A DNA stretch of 64,000 nt, taken from a bacterium (GTDB taxonomy: Bacteria; Patescibacteriota; Minisyncoccia; Phycocordibacterales; UBA5272). The notes beneath the pieces were generated by a model that saw nothing but the letters and a program-made list of their open reading frames with translations, had not been told where the DNA came from and searched no databases. The first letter of the stretch is position 1. The number at the start of each line of letters is the position of its first letter. The DNA lies in contig JAYTSG010000004.1 in assembly GCA_043745785.1 (NCBI GenBank), positions 570-64,569 of the forward strand. Reading direction: 5' to 3'. This document shows positions 1 to 10,100 of this stretch, in pieces. A program made the position numbers and the translations under genes.

Positions 1-340
1 TAAGTTTTGCCATCATTCTTGTTTCTTGTAAATTCTCAAGACTTGCTTTTACCGTCACTTCATCTTTTCTAGAAGAAAGAATAATATCCTTAAGTGCTTC
101 CTTTTTCTTAAGGCGAGCAATTATTTCATTTTTATCTACAGCGAGGACGACAGCAAGACTATCTGCCATTGCTTCCTGTAAATAATTTTTTTCTGTTTCA
201 TTTAACTCAGTAAATTCTCCTCGCCTTATTTTTTTATCTTTTTCATTTCGTTTACTTACAACAGGAGAATCCCCTGCGTGCATAGTAAGAACACTCACCA
301 GAGCTGCTGTGCCTGCGAAAGCTAAGAATGTTTTTTTCAT
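1..340 (-). CDS. Partial CDS (runs off window start), putative secreted protein
   Basis: Not in ORF track. Manual translation from ATG at 340 gives MKKTFLAFAGTAALVSVLTMHAGDSPVVSKRNEK..., open to position 1, with a signal-peptide-like N-terminus. Confidence 0.7.
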   Translation of the reverse strand, partial: MKKTFLAFAGTAALVSVLTMHAGDSPVVSKRNEKDKKIRRGEFTELNETEKNYLQEAMADSLAVVLAVDKNEIIARLKKKEALKDIILSSRKDEVTVKASLENLQETRMMAKL

Positions 341-522
341 TATTTCATTGAAATGGCATTAGTACACATCTCTTATGCAGTTACTTTACTAGTACGCTTA
401 CTATATCGTACATTGTTATTACAAAGAAGTGACTCAAATATTTCAAATATGAAAGAATCACTAATTCGAGATTAAGAAAAATTCGAGAAATAGATAGTAA
501 CTTTAGAGTTTTTCTTAAATAA

Positions 523-1302
523 CTATTTTATTTTCTTTTGTTTTTTCTCTTCTTCTTTATACTCCTCTTGTTTATCTTCAAAAAAATCTTTGTCAGGCTT
601 GGTAATCTCACGCACGGCACGAGCTACAATAAATGAACCTTCCTTATCTCCAAAAATAAGAATCTCATCTCCCTGTACTATATTTGTATTATCTATAAAT
701 TTTGTTGTCTTGTCAGTACGAACCAAAGAGGTAACTCCATTTGACCCCAAGATGCTAAAAGTGACCCCTGTGCTTGTAGAAATAAGTGTTCCAACATGTA
801 TATGGTGTGACTCAGGACGAGCGTAGCGAGGAACAAAATCAAACCCTACAGCTTTCTCACTATGTTTCATCTGACGCAGTAGTAATGGATGCATTTGTGA
901 CTTAGCTACGACGAGTCCCGTAATACCTACAAAACCAATAACAAAAAGAAATAAATACATTAGTGGTAATCGGTAGACAGAGAAAGTATTTTTTGCGAGT
1001 AGCAACAGTGTAAACAATGAGACCAGTGACAGTAAAACTATTTTCCAGGGCAAATCATTTAAAATAGTCATGATACCAAAAAAACCAAAAGGAGACATGA
1101 GAAAGATACCACTCTTTGAAAGAGCGAATAGTATAAAAGAAATAATATAAAGTAATGCTAAAAAAAGAATAGCAATACCAGAGACAGCAACCGCTGCGCG
1201 CAAGAAGAAATAGAGTTTACTATGGGGGGTAATCTTATCGGTATCTATCTCTTGCATTATTCTCTCTTTCAAAGAGTTGTATTTTTTTTCTAGTTCTTTC
1301 AT
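523..1302 (-). CDS. Membrane protein, probable anti-sigma/ECF-associated (several TM helices plus C-terminal OB-like, DUF5666-like domain)
   Basis: 259-aa ORF 10 nt downstream of the ECF sigma; hydrophobic segments, then a ...IVQGDEILIFG...IVARAV motif. Confidence 0.6.
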   Translation of the reverse strand: MKELEKKYNSLKERIMQEIDTDKITPHSKLYFFLRAAVAVSGIAILFLALLYIISFILFALSKSGIFLMSPFGFFGIMTILNDLPWKIVLLSLVSLFTLLLLAKNTFSVYRLPLMYLFLFVIGFVGITGLVVAKSQMHPLLLRQMKHSEKAVGFDFVPRYARPESHHIHVGTLISTSTGVTFSILGSNGVTSLVRTDKTTKFIDNTNIVQGDEILIFGDKEGSFIVARAVREITKPDKDFFEDKQEEYKEEEKKQKKIK

Positions 1303-1311
1303 AGTTTTTGG

Positions 1312-1857
1312 TTATTTGAGTAGCTCTGCCAACTGTTTCTTTGCTCTCATGATTCTCACTCCGACGGTCGCTTTCGGTATTTCTAAAATATCACTTATTT
1401 CTTCATAACTTTTATCTTCATACAGAAAAAGTAGTAATGGCTCTTTATACTTATTATCTAAGGTCTCCATGGCTTTCTCTACTCTTACCTTTTCTTCTTT
1501 TTCTATTGCTTCATCATAAGGACTCTTACCGGCAACCAAATGAGGAAAGAAAGTATCAAATTCAAATAATGAAAAGAAACTGACTGCCTTTTTTTTCTTG
1601 AGTACATTCACATATTCATTGTGTGCTATACGGTATATCCACGATGAGAAAGATCTCTTGGTGTCAAAACTATTGATATGTGTATATGCTTTCATGAAGA
1701 CTTCTTGTACAACATCTTCTATATCATCATTGTCATACAAAAAACGCCTTCCGTACCTGGTCAGTTTCTTTTCATATCGCTCAATGAGCATACCGTAGCT
1801 ATCTTGATCTCCTCCTTGTACTAATGAGGCTATTTCTTCGTCTTTGAGGTCTATCAT
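1312..1857 (-). CDS. ECF RNA polymerase sigma-70 factor (SigW/RpoE-like)
   Basis: Region 2 (EDVVQEVFMKAY, FSSWIYRIAHN) and region 4 (SYEEISDILEIPKATVGVRIMRAK) motifs; AAGGAG upstream. Confidence 0.93.
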   Translation of the reverse strand: MIDLKDEEIASLVQGGDQDSYGMLIERYEKKLTRYGRRFLYDNDDIEDVVQEVFMKAYTHINSFDTKRSFSSWIYRIAHNEYVNVLKKKKAVSFFSLFEFDTFFPHLVAGKSPYDEAIEKEEKVRVEKAMETLDNKYKEPLLLFLYEDKSYEEISDILEIPKATVGVRIMRAKKQLAELLK

Positions 1858-1953
1858 GTTATCTTCTCCTTAGTATTACATAGTTTCATCTATTTTCTTT
1901 CAAAATAAATACCTTTTCTCGAATACTCTATAAACTTAACAGTCCTTAAAAAA

Positions 1954-1984
1954 CAAAAAAGAGCCATAGTATGGCTCTTTTTTG
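1954..1984. terminator. Intrinsic terminator downstream of the 2002-2670 gene
   Basis: Inverted repeat CAAAAAAGAGCCAT-agt-ATGGCTCTTTTTTG. Confidence 0.8.
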
Positions 1985-2001
1985 AAAATAACTGTGTTCT
2001 A

Positions 2002-2670
2002 TTAGTCTCTTTTTGAAAGTTTTTCGAGCAGTCTTGCAGCAGTGTCTCGTCCGCCGAGACCAAAAGATAGTCCAACAGCGAGAGCCAATGCAAAAACGAT
2101 ACCCGCAAACAGTGTCTGCACGAGCGGGCCTGCGATATTAAGCTGAATTAAAGCTGGAAGTACCCCCGCGATAATAACGATAGACCATCTTGCGATAACA
2201 GCAACAAAGCCAGCCTGATGTATACCAGTCGCCTTCACAGAATGTTCTACGAGTCGTCCAATAAAATCTCCAAAGAGTGACGCAATGACAAGGATAATTA
2301 CTGCAACAATAACCTTTGGAATATAAGTAAGAACATCTGAAAGGAGTGTCGTTACTTGATCGAGACCAAGAACGTTGGTAGCTGCAACAGTAAAGCCGAG
2401 TATGATAAACCATTTGATAAGTCCATCAAAGAAGCCGGCGATAGTAATATGAAATCCAGCTTTTTCACTGATAACATCGAGACCTGCCTGATGAAGAGCT
2501 CTGTCTATCTTAAGACTAAGAATGATTTGTCTAACCACCTTGCCGGCAATAGAGCCAAGGACAAAGCCTAGACCAAAGAGCACCAGCGCGATGATTGCTG
2601 CAGGCAAAAACATCATGACTGTCATCCATGTCGCTTTAAGGGACATAGTGAGTATTTCGAGTGGGTTCAT
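2002..2670 (-). CDS. CmpX-like/small mechanosensitive-channel TM-helix protein
   Basis: YIPKVIVAVIILVIA and LALAVGLSFGLGGRD motifs; start probably ATG 2670 (or 2682) rather than 2754. Confidence 0.8.
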   Translation of the reverse strand: MNPLEILTMSLKATWMTVMMFLPAAIIALVLFGLGFVLGSIAGKVVRQIILSLKIDRALHQAGLDVISEKAGFHITIAGFFDGLIKWFIILGFTVAATNVLGLDQVTTLLSDVLTYIPKVIVAVIILVIASLFGDFIGRLVEHSVKATGIHQAGFVAVIARWSIVIIAGVLPALIQLNIAGPLVQTLFAGIVFALALAVGLSFGLGGRDTAARLLEKLSKRD

Positions 2671-2907
2671 GTAAGTATGCATAAATAATTTGTGTGTATA
2701 TACACCCTTATACCGACATATAAAGGTAAGTACAGTATACAGAAGTATCTGCAATTATGGAGGGGATATCCTCAGAAAATACTCAGCAAAACTGATATCT
2801 GTATCATTTTCGACGAGGACTTAGTCTGCTTACCAGCAAAATAAAAAGTACTGTAGTTAGACAAATAGAAATGAAGTAAATAAACTCGAAAACTTTACAA
2901 GAGAGCT

Positions 2908-3525
2908 CTAGAGATTTCCTTTCAGTTTATCGATAATAATTTCATGATCGAGCACAAACACGTCCCCAACGAACTTATCGTACATTTTTCTTCTATATTC
3001 AAATTCTTCTGTATCCATGAGAGAGCTAGTGAGAGTTCTACCGAGTTCTGCTGAAAGTCCATCGAGCACTTTATCCGCCATCGTTTTTTTGAGTGATTCA
3101 CCGACAATAAAGACGTCAACACGCAGCTTATCAGATTCTACAAAAACTCCTGCTAAAACAAAGAGTTTAATACGTCCAACCTGTTTAAAACGATTGGCAA
3201 TCTCTTTTTTATCAATATTTTTGAAATCAAAAAGCAATTCTTTGAGAGCTTCATTATGAGGGAAGGCAGAGTTCAGTTTAAATAGTACTGCTTCTTTTAT
3301 TTTTGTCTCCCCTTTTTTACCAACAATAACAGGAGCCTTACCCTTTCTTTTTTCCAAAAAGCCCAGTGAAGCAAGTGACATCAGTTCTTTACGAACATTT
3401 GGAAGTCTACCCTTCACTTTCTGAGAAAGAGAGCTGGCGTCTATTTGTGTTTCAGTTTGATGCAAGAAAAAACGCATGATTTTTACCCTTTCGTATCCGC
3501 CAAGTAGTTTTGCAAGAAGTTCCAT
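2908..3525 (-). CDS. CPR-type hypothetical protein: N-terminal winged HTH plus degenerate nucleotidyltransferase-like domain
   Basis: VRKELMSLASLGFL wHTH-like segment; LAGVF...RVDVFIVG resembles the Pol-beta NTase fold. Confidence 0.6.
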   Translation of the reverse strand: MELLAKLLGGYERVKIMRFFLHQTETQIDASSLSQKVKGRLPNVRKELMSLASLGFLEKRKGKAPVIVGKKGETKIKEAVLFKLNSAFPHNEALKELLFDFKNIDKKEIANRFKQVGRIKLFVLAGVFVESDKLRVDVFIVGESLKKTMADKVLDGLSAELGRTLTSSLMDTEEFEYRRKMYDKFVGDVFVLDHEIIIDKLKGNL

Positions 3526-3599
3526 AGGTGCTCATTGTAGCAAGAAAAAAAGCCTTGCGGAACTTGTTTTTTTTGAAAAAAATGGCGGTTGAGGAGTGA

Positions 3600-3634
3600 G
3601 TTCTAGGTTCTAGGTTCTAGGTTCTAGGTTCTAG
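3600..3634. repeat. Heptamer tandem repeat (GTTCTAG)x5
   Basis: Read directly from sequence. Confidence 0.95.
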
Positions 3635-3856
3635 AAAGATTATGTCACTTTCAAAAATTTCAAACTTCCAAGTATTTTCATTCTTGAACTAGTAAGTTCA
3701 CATCTTGGATGCTGCGAAGGCAAGAATCCAGTATATGAAATCCATCATCATACGTTAATGTATACCTCAACCACTTTTATAAGATCTCAAGTATTTTGGT
3801 TCACCCCTCGATACTCATGCGAAATCCAGGTTGCAAGTTGCATAATTTTTACAAAC

Positions 3857-3889
3857 AAAAAAGCTCCCTAGAGAAGCGGAGCTTCTTTT
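3857..3889 (-). terminator. Intrinsic terminator for the small minus-strand genes at 3913-4403
   Basis: AAGCTCC...GGAGCTT stem followed by a U-tract on the minus strand. Confidence 0.65.
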
Positions 3890-3912
3890 GGGAGCCTTGG
3901 GGCTCGTCCTAT

Positions 3913-4041
3913 CTAAGTAGGAAGCTGATTGATGAGCCAGATAAGTACTGGGAACAGGAAGATGGTTCCACAGATGGAGAACCGAAAGGCTATAGCTTTG
4001 CGCCTCGCCACTTCGGCGTCGCTCATGTTGGACGGGTTCAT
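3913..4041 (-). CDS. Small membrane protein (42 aa)
   Basis: Manual translation MNPSNMSDAEVARRKAIAFRFSICGTIFLFPVLIWLINQLPT; AGAAGG upstream; ATGA overlap with upstream frame; terminator follows. Confidence 0.5.
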   Translation of the reverse strand: MNPSNMSDAEVARRKAIAFRFSICGTIFLFPVLIWLINQLPT

Positions 4042-4403
4042 GTACGTGCCTTCTTAACCGAAGTCAAGATGAGCAAGGGCTTTGCGCTCTCGTACTGTGG
4101 TACCGGAGAATTCACACATTTCCGGCGGAAGTCCAACGCCATGGGGCTCATCAAACCTTCTGATGAGCCGACAACACCGGTGATCTACCAGCGAAAGTCT
4201 GGCGCGCTCATCAGCTGCGGACAGGTCACCTGCACCCACAATATGGACATGTCGGACATGATGCGGGACTTTTCAAGCAGTTCAGACGGTTTGAAAGACT
4301 TGTGCACCGCGCTCGGTTGCGCGTAGGTCGCCGCTGAGAAGCAGCAACCGAGGACAACGGCGGCAAGGAGAACAAGGACGGACTGGCGAGAAATGTGGAA
4401 CAT
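4038..4403 (-). pseudogene. Secreted hypothetical protein interrupted by an in-frame TAG at 4185-4187 (or a 72-aa gene 4185-4403)
   Basis: Signal peptide MFHISRQSVLVLLAAVVLGCCFSAATYA; frame continues 48 codons past the TAG to TGA 4038-4040; promoter TTGACT-17-TATAGT at 4462-4490. Confidence 0.45.
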
Positions 4404-4771
4404 GATGGATCTTTCTGTGGTCGTTAGGGGGGGTTGAAAAGGGCGGGAAACTTTAGTCTTTACTATATCATAATTAAGTATAAAAGTCAATAGTAAAGTG
4501 CTAGTTTTAGGCTCTCTTTCCTTTAAAAAGCTTTACAAATCAACAATATAGTCAATAATTTTGTGAAATAGTTTTGTTACAAATATACCCTCTTTTATCT
4601 TTTCTTTTACCTCTAAAATAACTCTTATTCAACGAGTAAATCTATTCAGTGGGATGACTAACCTTCACTTCATATGGCTTTAGACTTTTTTCAAAACTCT
4701 GACAGCCCAAGCTATCTCCTTTAGCTCTTTAAGGATAAACTTCACTCATTAACAATAATTTTTCAAAAAAT

Positions 4772-5580
4772 ATGGAAAAAGAATCAAGCATGCTCTTCAA
4801 ATTAAAAGAAACTATCTTCTCACCACTCGTGCTATTTGGATTTCTCATTCTCGCTGGATTCATTTTTTCGGGACTCATGTTTAAGTCTGGTCTCTCTGAT
4901 ATATCGGTACTCACCAATGCAAACGGTATCACCGTCTCTGGTACGGCAGAAAGATTTGTAAAAAGTGATAGAGGGTCACTAAGTCTGTCACTAAAAACAA
5001 GCTCACTCTCTCTTTCGGATGCTGAAGCGCAAAAACAGCTATCAGTTGCTCGCGAAGCTCTTGTAAAATACCTCGTCACTAAAGGTATCGATGAAAAAGA
5101 GATTGATGTTTTACCCTACACTTCCTCCCTTGAATGTTCAATGCGGCAGTCAAATAACTGGGAAAATTGTCTAGGCAAAAAATATGCTGAATACAGCCAA
5201 ATACTTAATCTTGCCTCAAATGACGTTTTAAAAATAAAAGATTTTTCGCTTAACATAAACTCAAACGTAAATGATACGTTGAAAAAAGAATTTGCTACTA
5301 CCGAACTTACTATACAAAATACGCAGTACTTCTATACAAATATCTCAAAGATAAAATCCGAGATGCTTAATGAAGCTACAAAGAATGCCTTTGAGAGGGC
5401 AGAAGCGATTGCAAAGAGTACAGGAAATAATGCAGGTGCTGTAATCACTGCCTCAAATAAGGAGTTTTCCAGATTACCACCAAGGATAGCACTGATAGTC
5501 AAGATTATGGATCGTATGACACTTCAGCCATTGAGAAGAAAATCACTGCAGTTGTTCGTGTTAGCTTTAAGGTGAAGTAA
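4772..5580 (+). CDS. SIMPL (DUF541) domain protein, frameshifted near 5455-5461
   Basis: ITVSGTAERFVKSD N-terminal motif; family-like C-terminus GVFQIT...DYGSYDTSAIEKKITAVVRVSF lies in another frame ending at TAA 5578-5580. Confidence 0.8.
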
Positions 5581-5679
5581 GGTATCTTGGAAAATATCGT
5601 GTTTGTATAAAGTGTTCTACGAAAAAAAAAAAGAAAAGAGAGGGGTATTTAAACATATAAAGACATCTCTCTTAACCTT

Positions 5680-5720
5680 AGAAATACAAAAGCGCGCCGT
5701 AGGCGCGCTTTTGTATTTCT
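5680..5720. terminator. Bidirectional terminator between convergent SIMPL gene and rplL
   Basis: Perfect inverted repeat AGAAATACAAAAGCGCGCC-gta-GGCGCGCTTTTGTATTTCT. Confidence 0.9.
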
Positions 5721-5743
5721 TTGAGAAAGAGGAAACCAAGAGC

Positions 5744-6103
5744 TTACTTTAGTTCAACCTTTGCTCCTGCTTCTTCAAGCTTCTTCTTGAAATCTTCAGC
5801 TTCTGCTTTCTTCACGTCTTTCTTGAGATCTACTGGAGCTCCGTCAACAAGATCCTTAGCCTCCTTAAGTCCAAGCGCGAGGACTTCCTTGACTACCTTC
5901 ATCACCGCAATCTTCTGCTCTCCTGGAGCAACAAGATGTACTGTGTAAGAGTCCTTTCCTTCTTCTGCAACAGCTGCTACAGGTGCTGATGCAACTGCTT
6001 GCGCTGAAACACCGAACTTTTCCTCAATCGCTTTAACGAGATCGTTAAGCTCAAGCACTGACATGTTCTCAATTTTTGTGAGAATATCGTTAAACTTTTC
6101 CAT
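5744..6103 (-). CDS. rplL: 50S ribosomal protein L7/L12
   Basis: [14 protein letters not shown]...[11 protein letters not shown]. Confidence 0.98.
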   Translation of the reverse strand: MEKFNDILTKIENMSVLELNDLVKAIEEKFGVSAQAVASAPVAAVAEEGKDSYTVHLVAPGEQKIAVMKVVKEVLALGLKEAKDLVDGAPVDLKKDVKKAEAEDFKKKLEEAGAKVELK

Positions 6104-6151
6104 ACTGTATAAATTAAATTGTTTGTTGTAATGAAGAGAAACTAATTGATG

Positions 6152-6643
6152 CTACGCTACCTTTGTCTTTGCTACTTCAGAGACCGCGATTGCAATACGC
6201 TGCATAGGAGACTTAAGGAGGTACGCAAGCTGAGAGAGAAGCACCTCACGAGAGGGAATGGTCGCAATAGCGGTCATTTCTCCTTGTGACTTGAACTCTC
6301 CATCGAAGATACCACCCATCAGCATGAGAAGTCCCTTGTGAGTTTTTGCAAACTCATAAGAGATTCTCGCTGGTGAGAGAAGGTCTTCACCACAAACAAC
6401 AGCCATCTCACTTGCAACAAGCGGGAAATCTCCTTTGATGCCAACCTCTTTGACTGCACGGTCCCAGAGGGTTTTTTTGACAACAAAGTAAGTACTGTTT
6501 TCGGCGCGGAGAGAGCGACGTAGTTCTTCGGTTGCCTTAACTGGCAAGCCTTTGAAACTAACGTATGCCACTGACTTTGCTCCTTTGAGGGCTTTTGTAT
6601 AACTTTCAATCAGTTCAATCTTCTTTGCTTTTGGTAGTGCCAT
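6152..6643 (-). CDS. rplJ: 50S ribosomal protein L10
   Basis: GLPV...LRRSLR...VVKKTL, IPSREVLLSQL; adjacent to rplL. Confidence 0.96.
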   Translation of the reverse strand: MALPKAKKIELIESYTKALKGAKSVAYVSFKGLPVKATEELRRSLRAENSTYFVVKKTLWDRAVKEVGIKGDFPLVASEMAVVCGEDLLSPARISYEFAKTHKGLLMLMGGIFDGEFKSQGEMTAIATIPSREVLLSQLAYLLKSPMQRIAIAVSEVAKTKVA

Positions 6644-6699
6644 AGCAAGAGAAAATTAATTTGTAAGTCAAAAGTTCTTGTGAAAAAACTTTTGATAAA

Positions 6700-6805
6700 C
6701 CGTAAAAACGAGATGATACAAGGGTTTTCCTTGTATTCCTCCGCAGGAATTATGTGCCAGAAAGAATCTTTCGAAACGTTTTGGGACACCTACTTCTTAG
6801 GTTTA
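6700..6805 (-). ncRNA. Ribosomal protein L10 leader (autoregulatory cis-element)
   Basis: Minus strand reads CCUAAGAAGUAGGUG...CAUAAUUCCUGCGGAGG, resembling the L10-leader consensus; lies between promoter and rplJ. Confidence 0.7.
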
Positions 6806-6813
6806 CAAGAGGT

Positions 6814-6842
6814 AGTGTACCATAAAACGAAGGAAGATTCAA
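6814..6842 (-). promoter_or_regulatory. Sigma-70 promoter of rplJL
   Basis: TTGAAT-17nt-TACACT with extended TG. Confidence 0.65.
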
Positions 6843-7010
6843 TAGACTTCTTTCAAAACTCTCCCATGTCATTCCTGAATTAGCAGATTCACGATTGGCG
6901 CTGAGCAGTTTTGTCATCAAAAGTGAGTCCAGAATCTAGGTTTGTATTGTAGAAATGCAATACTAACCTAGATCCCCGGTTCATTTGGGTACAAATGCCC
7001 GAGGATGACA
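6843..7010. repeat. Composite palindromic repeat (MITE-like left end plus REPIN-like element)
   Basis: TAGACTTCTTTCAAAA start; 6958-7010 matches 11081-11133 at 51/53 nt; 6844-6884 matches 11152-11192 at 37/41 nt. Confidence 0.8.
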
Positions 7011-7052
7011 AATGAAGGGAAATCGTACAGATATACTTCGAAGTCCAAAAAC

Positions 7053-7084
7053 GACAAAAGCGCATCTTACGATGCGCTTTTGTC
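7053..7084. terminator. Intrinsic terminator of the S-layer-like gene
   Basis: GACAAAAGCGCATC-ttac-GATGCGCTTTTGTC; second AT-rich hairpin at 7124-7154. Confidence 0.85.
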
Positions 7085-7166
7085 TAGCTATGCTCTACCC
7101 CCTTAAACTATTTGTTCAGAATATTACTTTCAAAGATATATTCTTTGAAAGTAATTCGTGACGCAA

Positions 7167-10100
7167 TTAGTTCTTGATTGAGTAGCTTGCTGTAGGGAAG
7201 TTGTAAATCTTAACTCCGTCGTATGTTGTGTTACCACCAACAACGTCAGTCCACTGGAAATCATTAGCAGTATTGGTAACCTGTGTTGAAACAGATACCG
7301 TAGCTCCTGATACAACTGTTCCTGTAGGAACAGCGTAAAGACTGAAAGTCTTAGAAGATCCAGCTGAAAGTGAATATGCTGTTGAGAATGAACACGTAGT
7401 AACGGTTGAAGCGATTGTACACGTTACATTAGGAATCGTTGCTGAACCATCTGCGAGTCTTGCTGAAGCGAGAGTAAGAGCTCCTGAGAGTCCTGACGCA
7501 CCGCTTGAGAACTTGAGCTGGTTAACATTGATTGAACCATTAGCGTCTGGAACGACAGTAACTTCGCCAATCTTATTCTCAGCACCAAGGATGAGACCTG
7601 ATTTTTGAACTGTGTCAACAGTAACTGATGGCTTTGATGCAACGAGTGTCATTGCATTTGCTGAAATGGCAGTAGTTGTTGAAACTGTAGTACCATTTCC
7701 TGATGTAGCCTCAATGTAAGTAAGTGTCGTTGTTGAGATGACACCTGCTGTCAGTGATCCACCAGTTGAAGAATTCTTAAAGCCTGAGTACTTAACGGTC
7801 ACTGGTACATCGGTACCGTTGAGACCAATTGCAATACTAAGACCTGTTACCTTTGCAATACCACCTACGACTGAAGCCTGTACGCCATTAACAGTAACTG
7901 ACTCTACTGAATCATTTCCTGTAATAGAGAAACGAAGCTCACGCACGGTTGCGGCACTGTCTTGTGCAGTCTTGATCTTGTAGGTTGCTACATTACTACT
8001 GACGCCACCGACCACAAATTGTGAAACTGGTGATGATGAGACAATAGCAGGGAGACCAAGAGTTGCCGCTGTTGTTGTAATAGCGACACCAAGTCCTGTT
8101 CCAGAGACGGTAGTATTAGTACCTGAAACTGGTCCACGAGTTGAAAGATCAAGAGTTGCTGTAACTGTACCTGAAGTAACACTTCCTATATCTGCATACA
8201 CATCGAATGTCTTTGTTCCGTTCATAGGGACAACAACATCAGAGAATGAAATAACAGTTGAAGAAGCGCTCACATTTCCTACTGGAGTACCAAGAGTCAT
8301 TGAACCAGTCTTAAGTGAAAGGTTAGTGATATTGGTAAGAGGATAACCAGTAGTACTAAGCGTGACTGTCGCGCTGTTTACTACTGCATCTTCCGCTGAA
8401 TCAGCCTGAAGGGTAAATGAACCAATACGTACGTTTGCAGTATTTGGAGCAACGGTAGCTGCAGCAAAACCTGATGTGCGTCCGTAGCTTCCTACACCAG
8501 ATGAAACAGTAAGGTTGTTACCATTAACACCTGAGCTAGCAACACTCACGATCTCGCTTGAGCTTTGACCTTGAGCATTGTTACCTGCACTACTAAGCTG
8601 AGCTAGTACAGAACCTGCTGTATAGCTTACTGATGTAGTTGACTTGATGTCAGCCTTTACCGATACAGTGACTGTCTGTCCTGCAGGGATAATGAGTGAT
8701 GAACCAAGATTATAGGTAAGAGCACCAGATGACCAGTTCTGTGAAGAACTGATTTGTCCACCATTGAGGTAAAGTCCTACGTTTGTAAGACCCGCCGCTG
8801 CTGGAGTCATTGAACCTAGTACTGGAGTGACATTAAGGGTATTAACCTTAACATCTTCTCCGTATGCCTTCATGGTAAATGAACCAATAGTCATGTTCGT
8901 AGCACCGCCAGTTACTTTACTAGCAACGAAAGCTGGGTCGACGTTCACAACCACGGTTCCTTTGTTGACGGTAATCTGTGGATATGCTGAGTTACTACTG
9001 TTAAGAGGTAGCGTTGCGACTGTTGCAGCAACGTTCACTCCAGTAAGATCACGATCTTCGAACATAAGGTCTGCCACGTTCTCAACTGAGAAAGTCATAG
9101 TACGGTTTGAACCTTTTACTATGTCTCCTCTCACATTGATAGTGTGTGAACCAGTGCGAAGGAAGTAAGGCATAGTCCCAAGATCAAAGACAACTTTATT
9201 GTTGTTCATTGCATTGATCATAGCTGGACCTGCAACCTTAGTGCCATCTACATAGAGTGAAAGATTTGCAACAGAGTCAACTGGTGCAGAACCGACAAAC
9301 TTAAAGGTAGCTGCCTTAAAGTAGACATCGCGAACACCTACACTTGCTGTTGCATCCCAAACGTTGTAGTTGGTTGTTCCAGCATCCACGGTGCGAGCAC
9401 CAGTGACAAGAGGGTTGAAGTTGACGCTTGCGGTAGTAATACCAGAAGCGACAGTAAGGGTGTTACCCATTACATTTGTGAAAGTAGAAGCTGCTGAACC
9501 CATAGCAGTGACGCTGTTGAGTTTAACACCAACTGCATTACCTCCAGATGTTGATGAAAGGTCAGCTCTAACAGTAATAGTACGAGTACCACTAACTGAG
9601 AAGAGTCCTGTTCCTGCATTAAAACGGATGTAACCACCTGTTACAACAGAAGCTGCGTCTGTAAGACGAGTGTTTCCATCGTAAAGGTATACGTTGTTAA
9701 GTGTAGAATCTGTAGAAACACCGATTCTTTGTAGTTCGATGTTTGTTACGGTTCCATTACCTTTGAAAGTAAAATCAGCGAGACGAGCTCCTGACTGTCC
9801 TTGTACAAGCTGTCCTGTAGGCTGTGATCCTGAAAGCATTACAGATACTGGACCTGTGTTACCGGTAGGTGGTACTGGATTTCCCGGTGTTGGCACAGGG
9901 TTACCAGTAACTGAACATAGCTGATTGAGGAGACCACGAGTTCCTGCGAACACGTTTCCTGTAGGAGAGTTGATTCCGAGTTCAGCAAGCTGAAGCATCT
10001 GGAATTTATTAACAGCGGCACGAGTAGCTGGACCAAACTTACTGGTTTCCATTCCTGGAGATCCAGCACCTGATTCAGCGACACGTGTCTGAGGGTACAT

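Noticed and set aside
3796-4326. 176-aa + strand ORF
   Set aside because: TTG start, runs through a terminator hairpin; promoter, signal peptide and terminator all support the minus-strand genes, though not fully excluded
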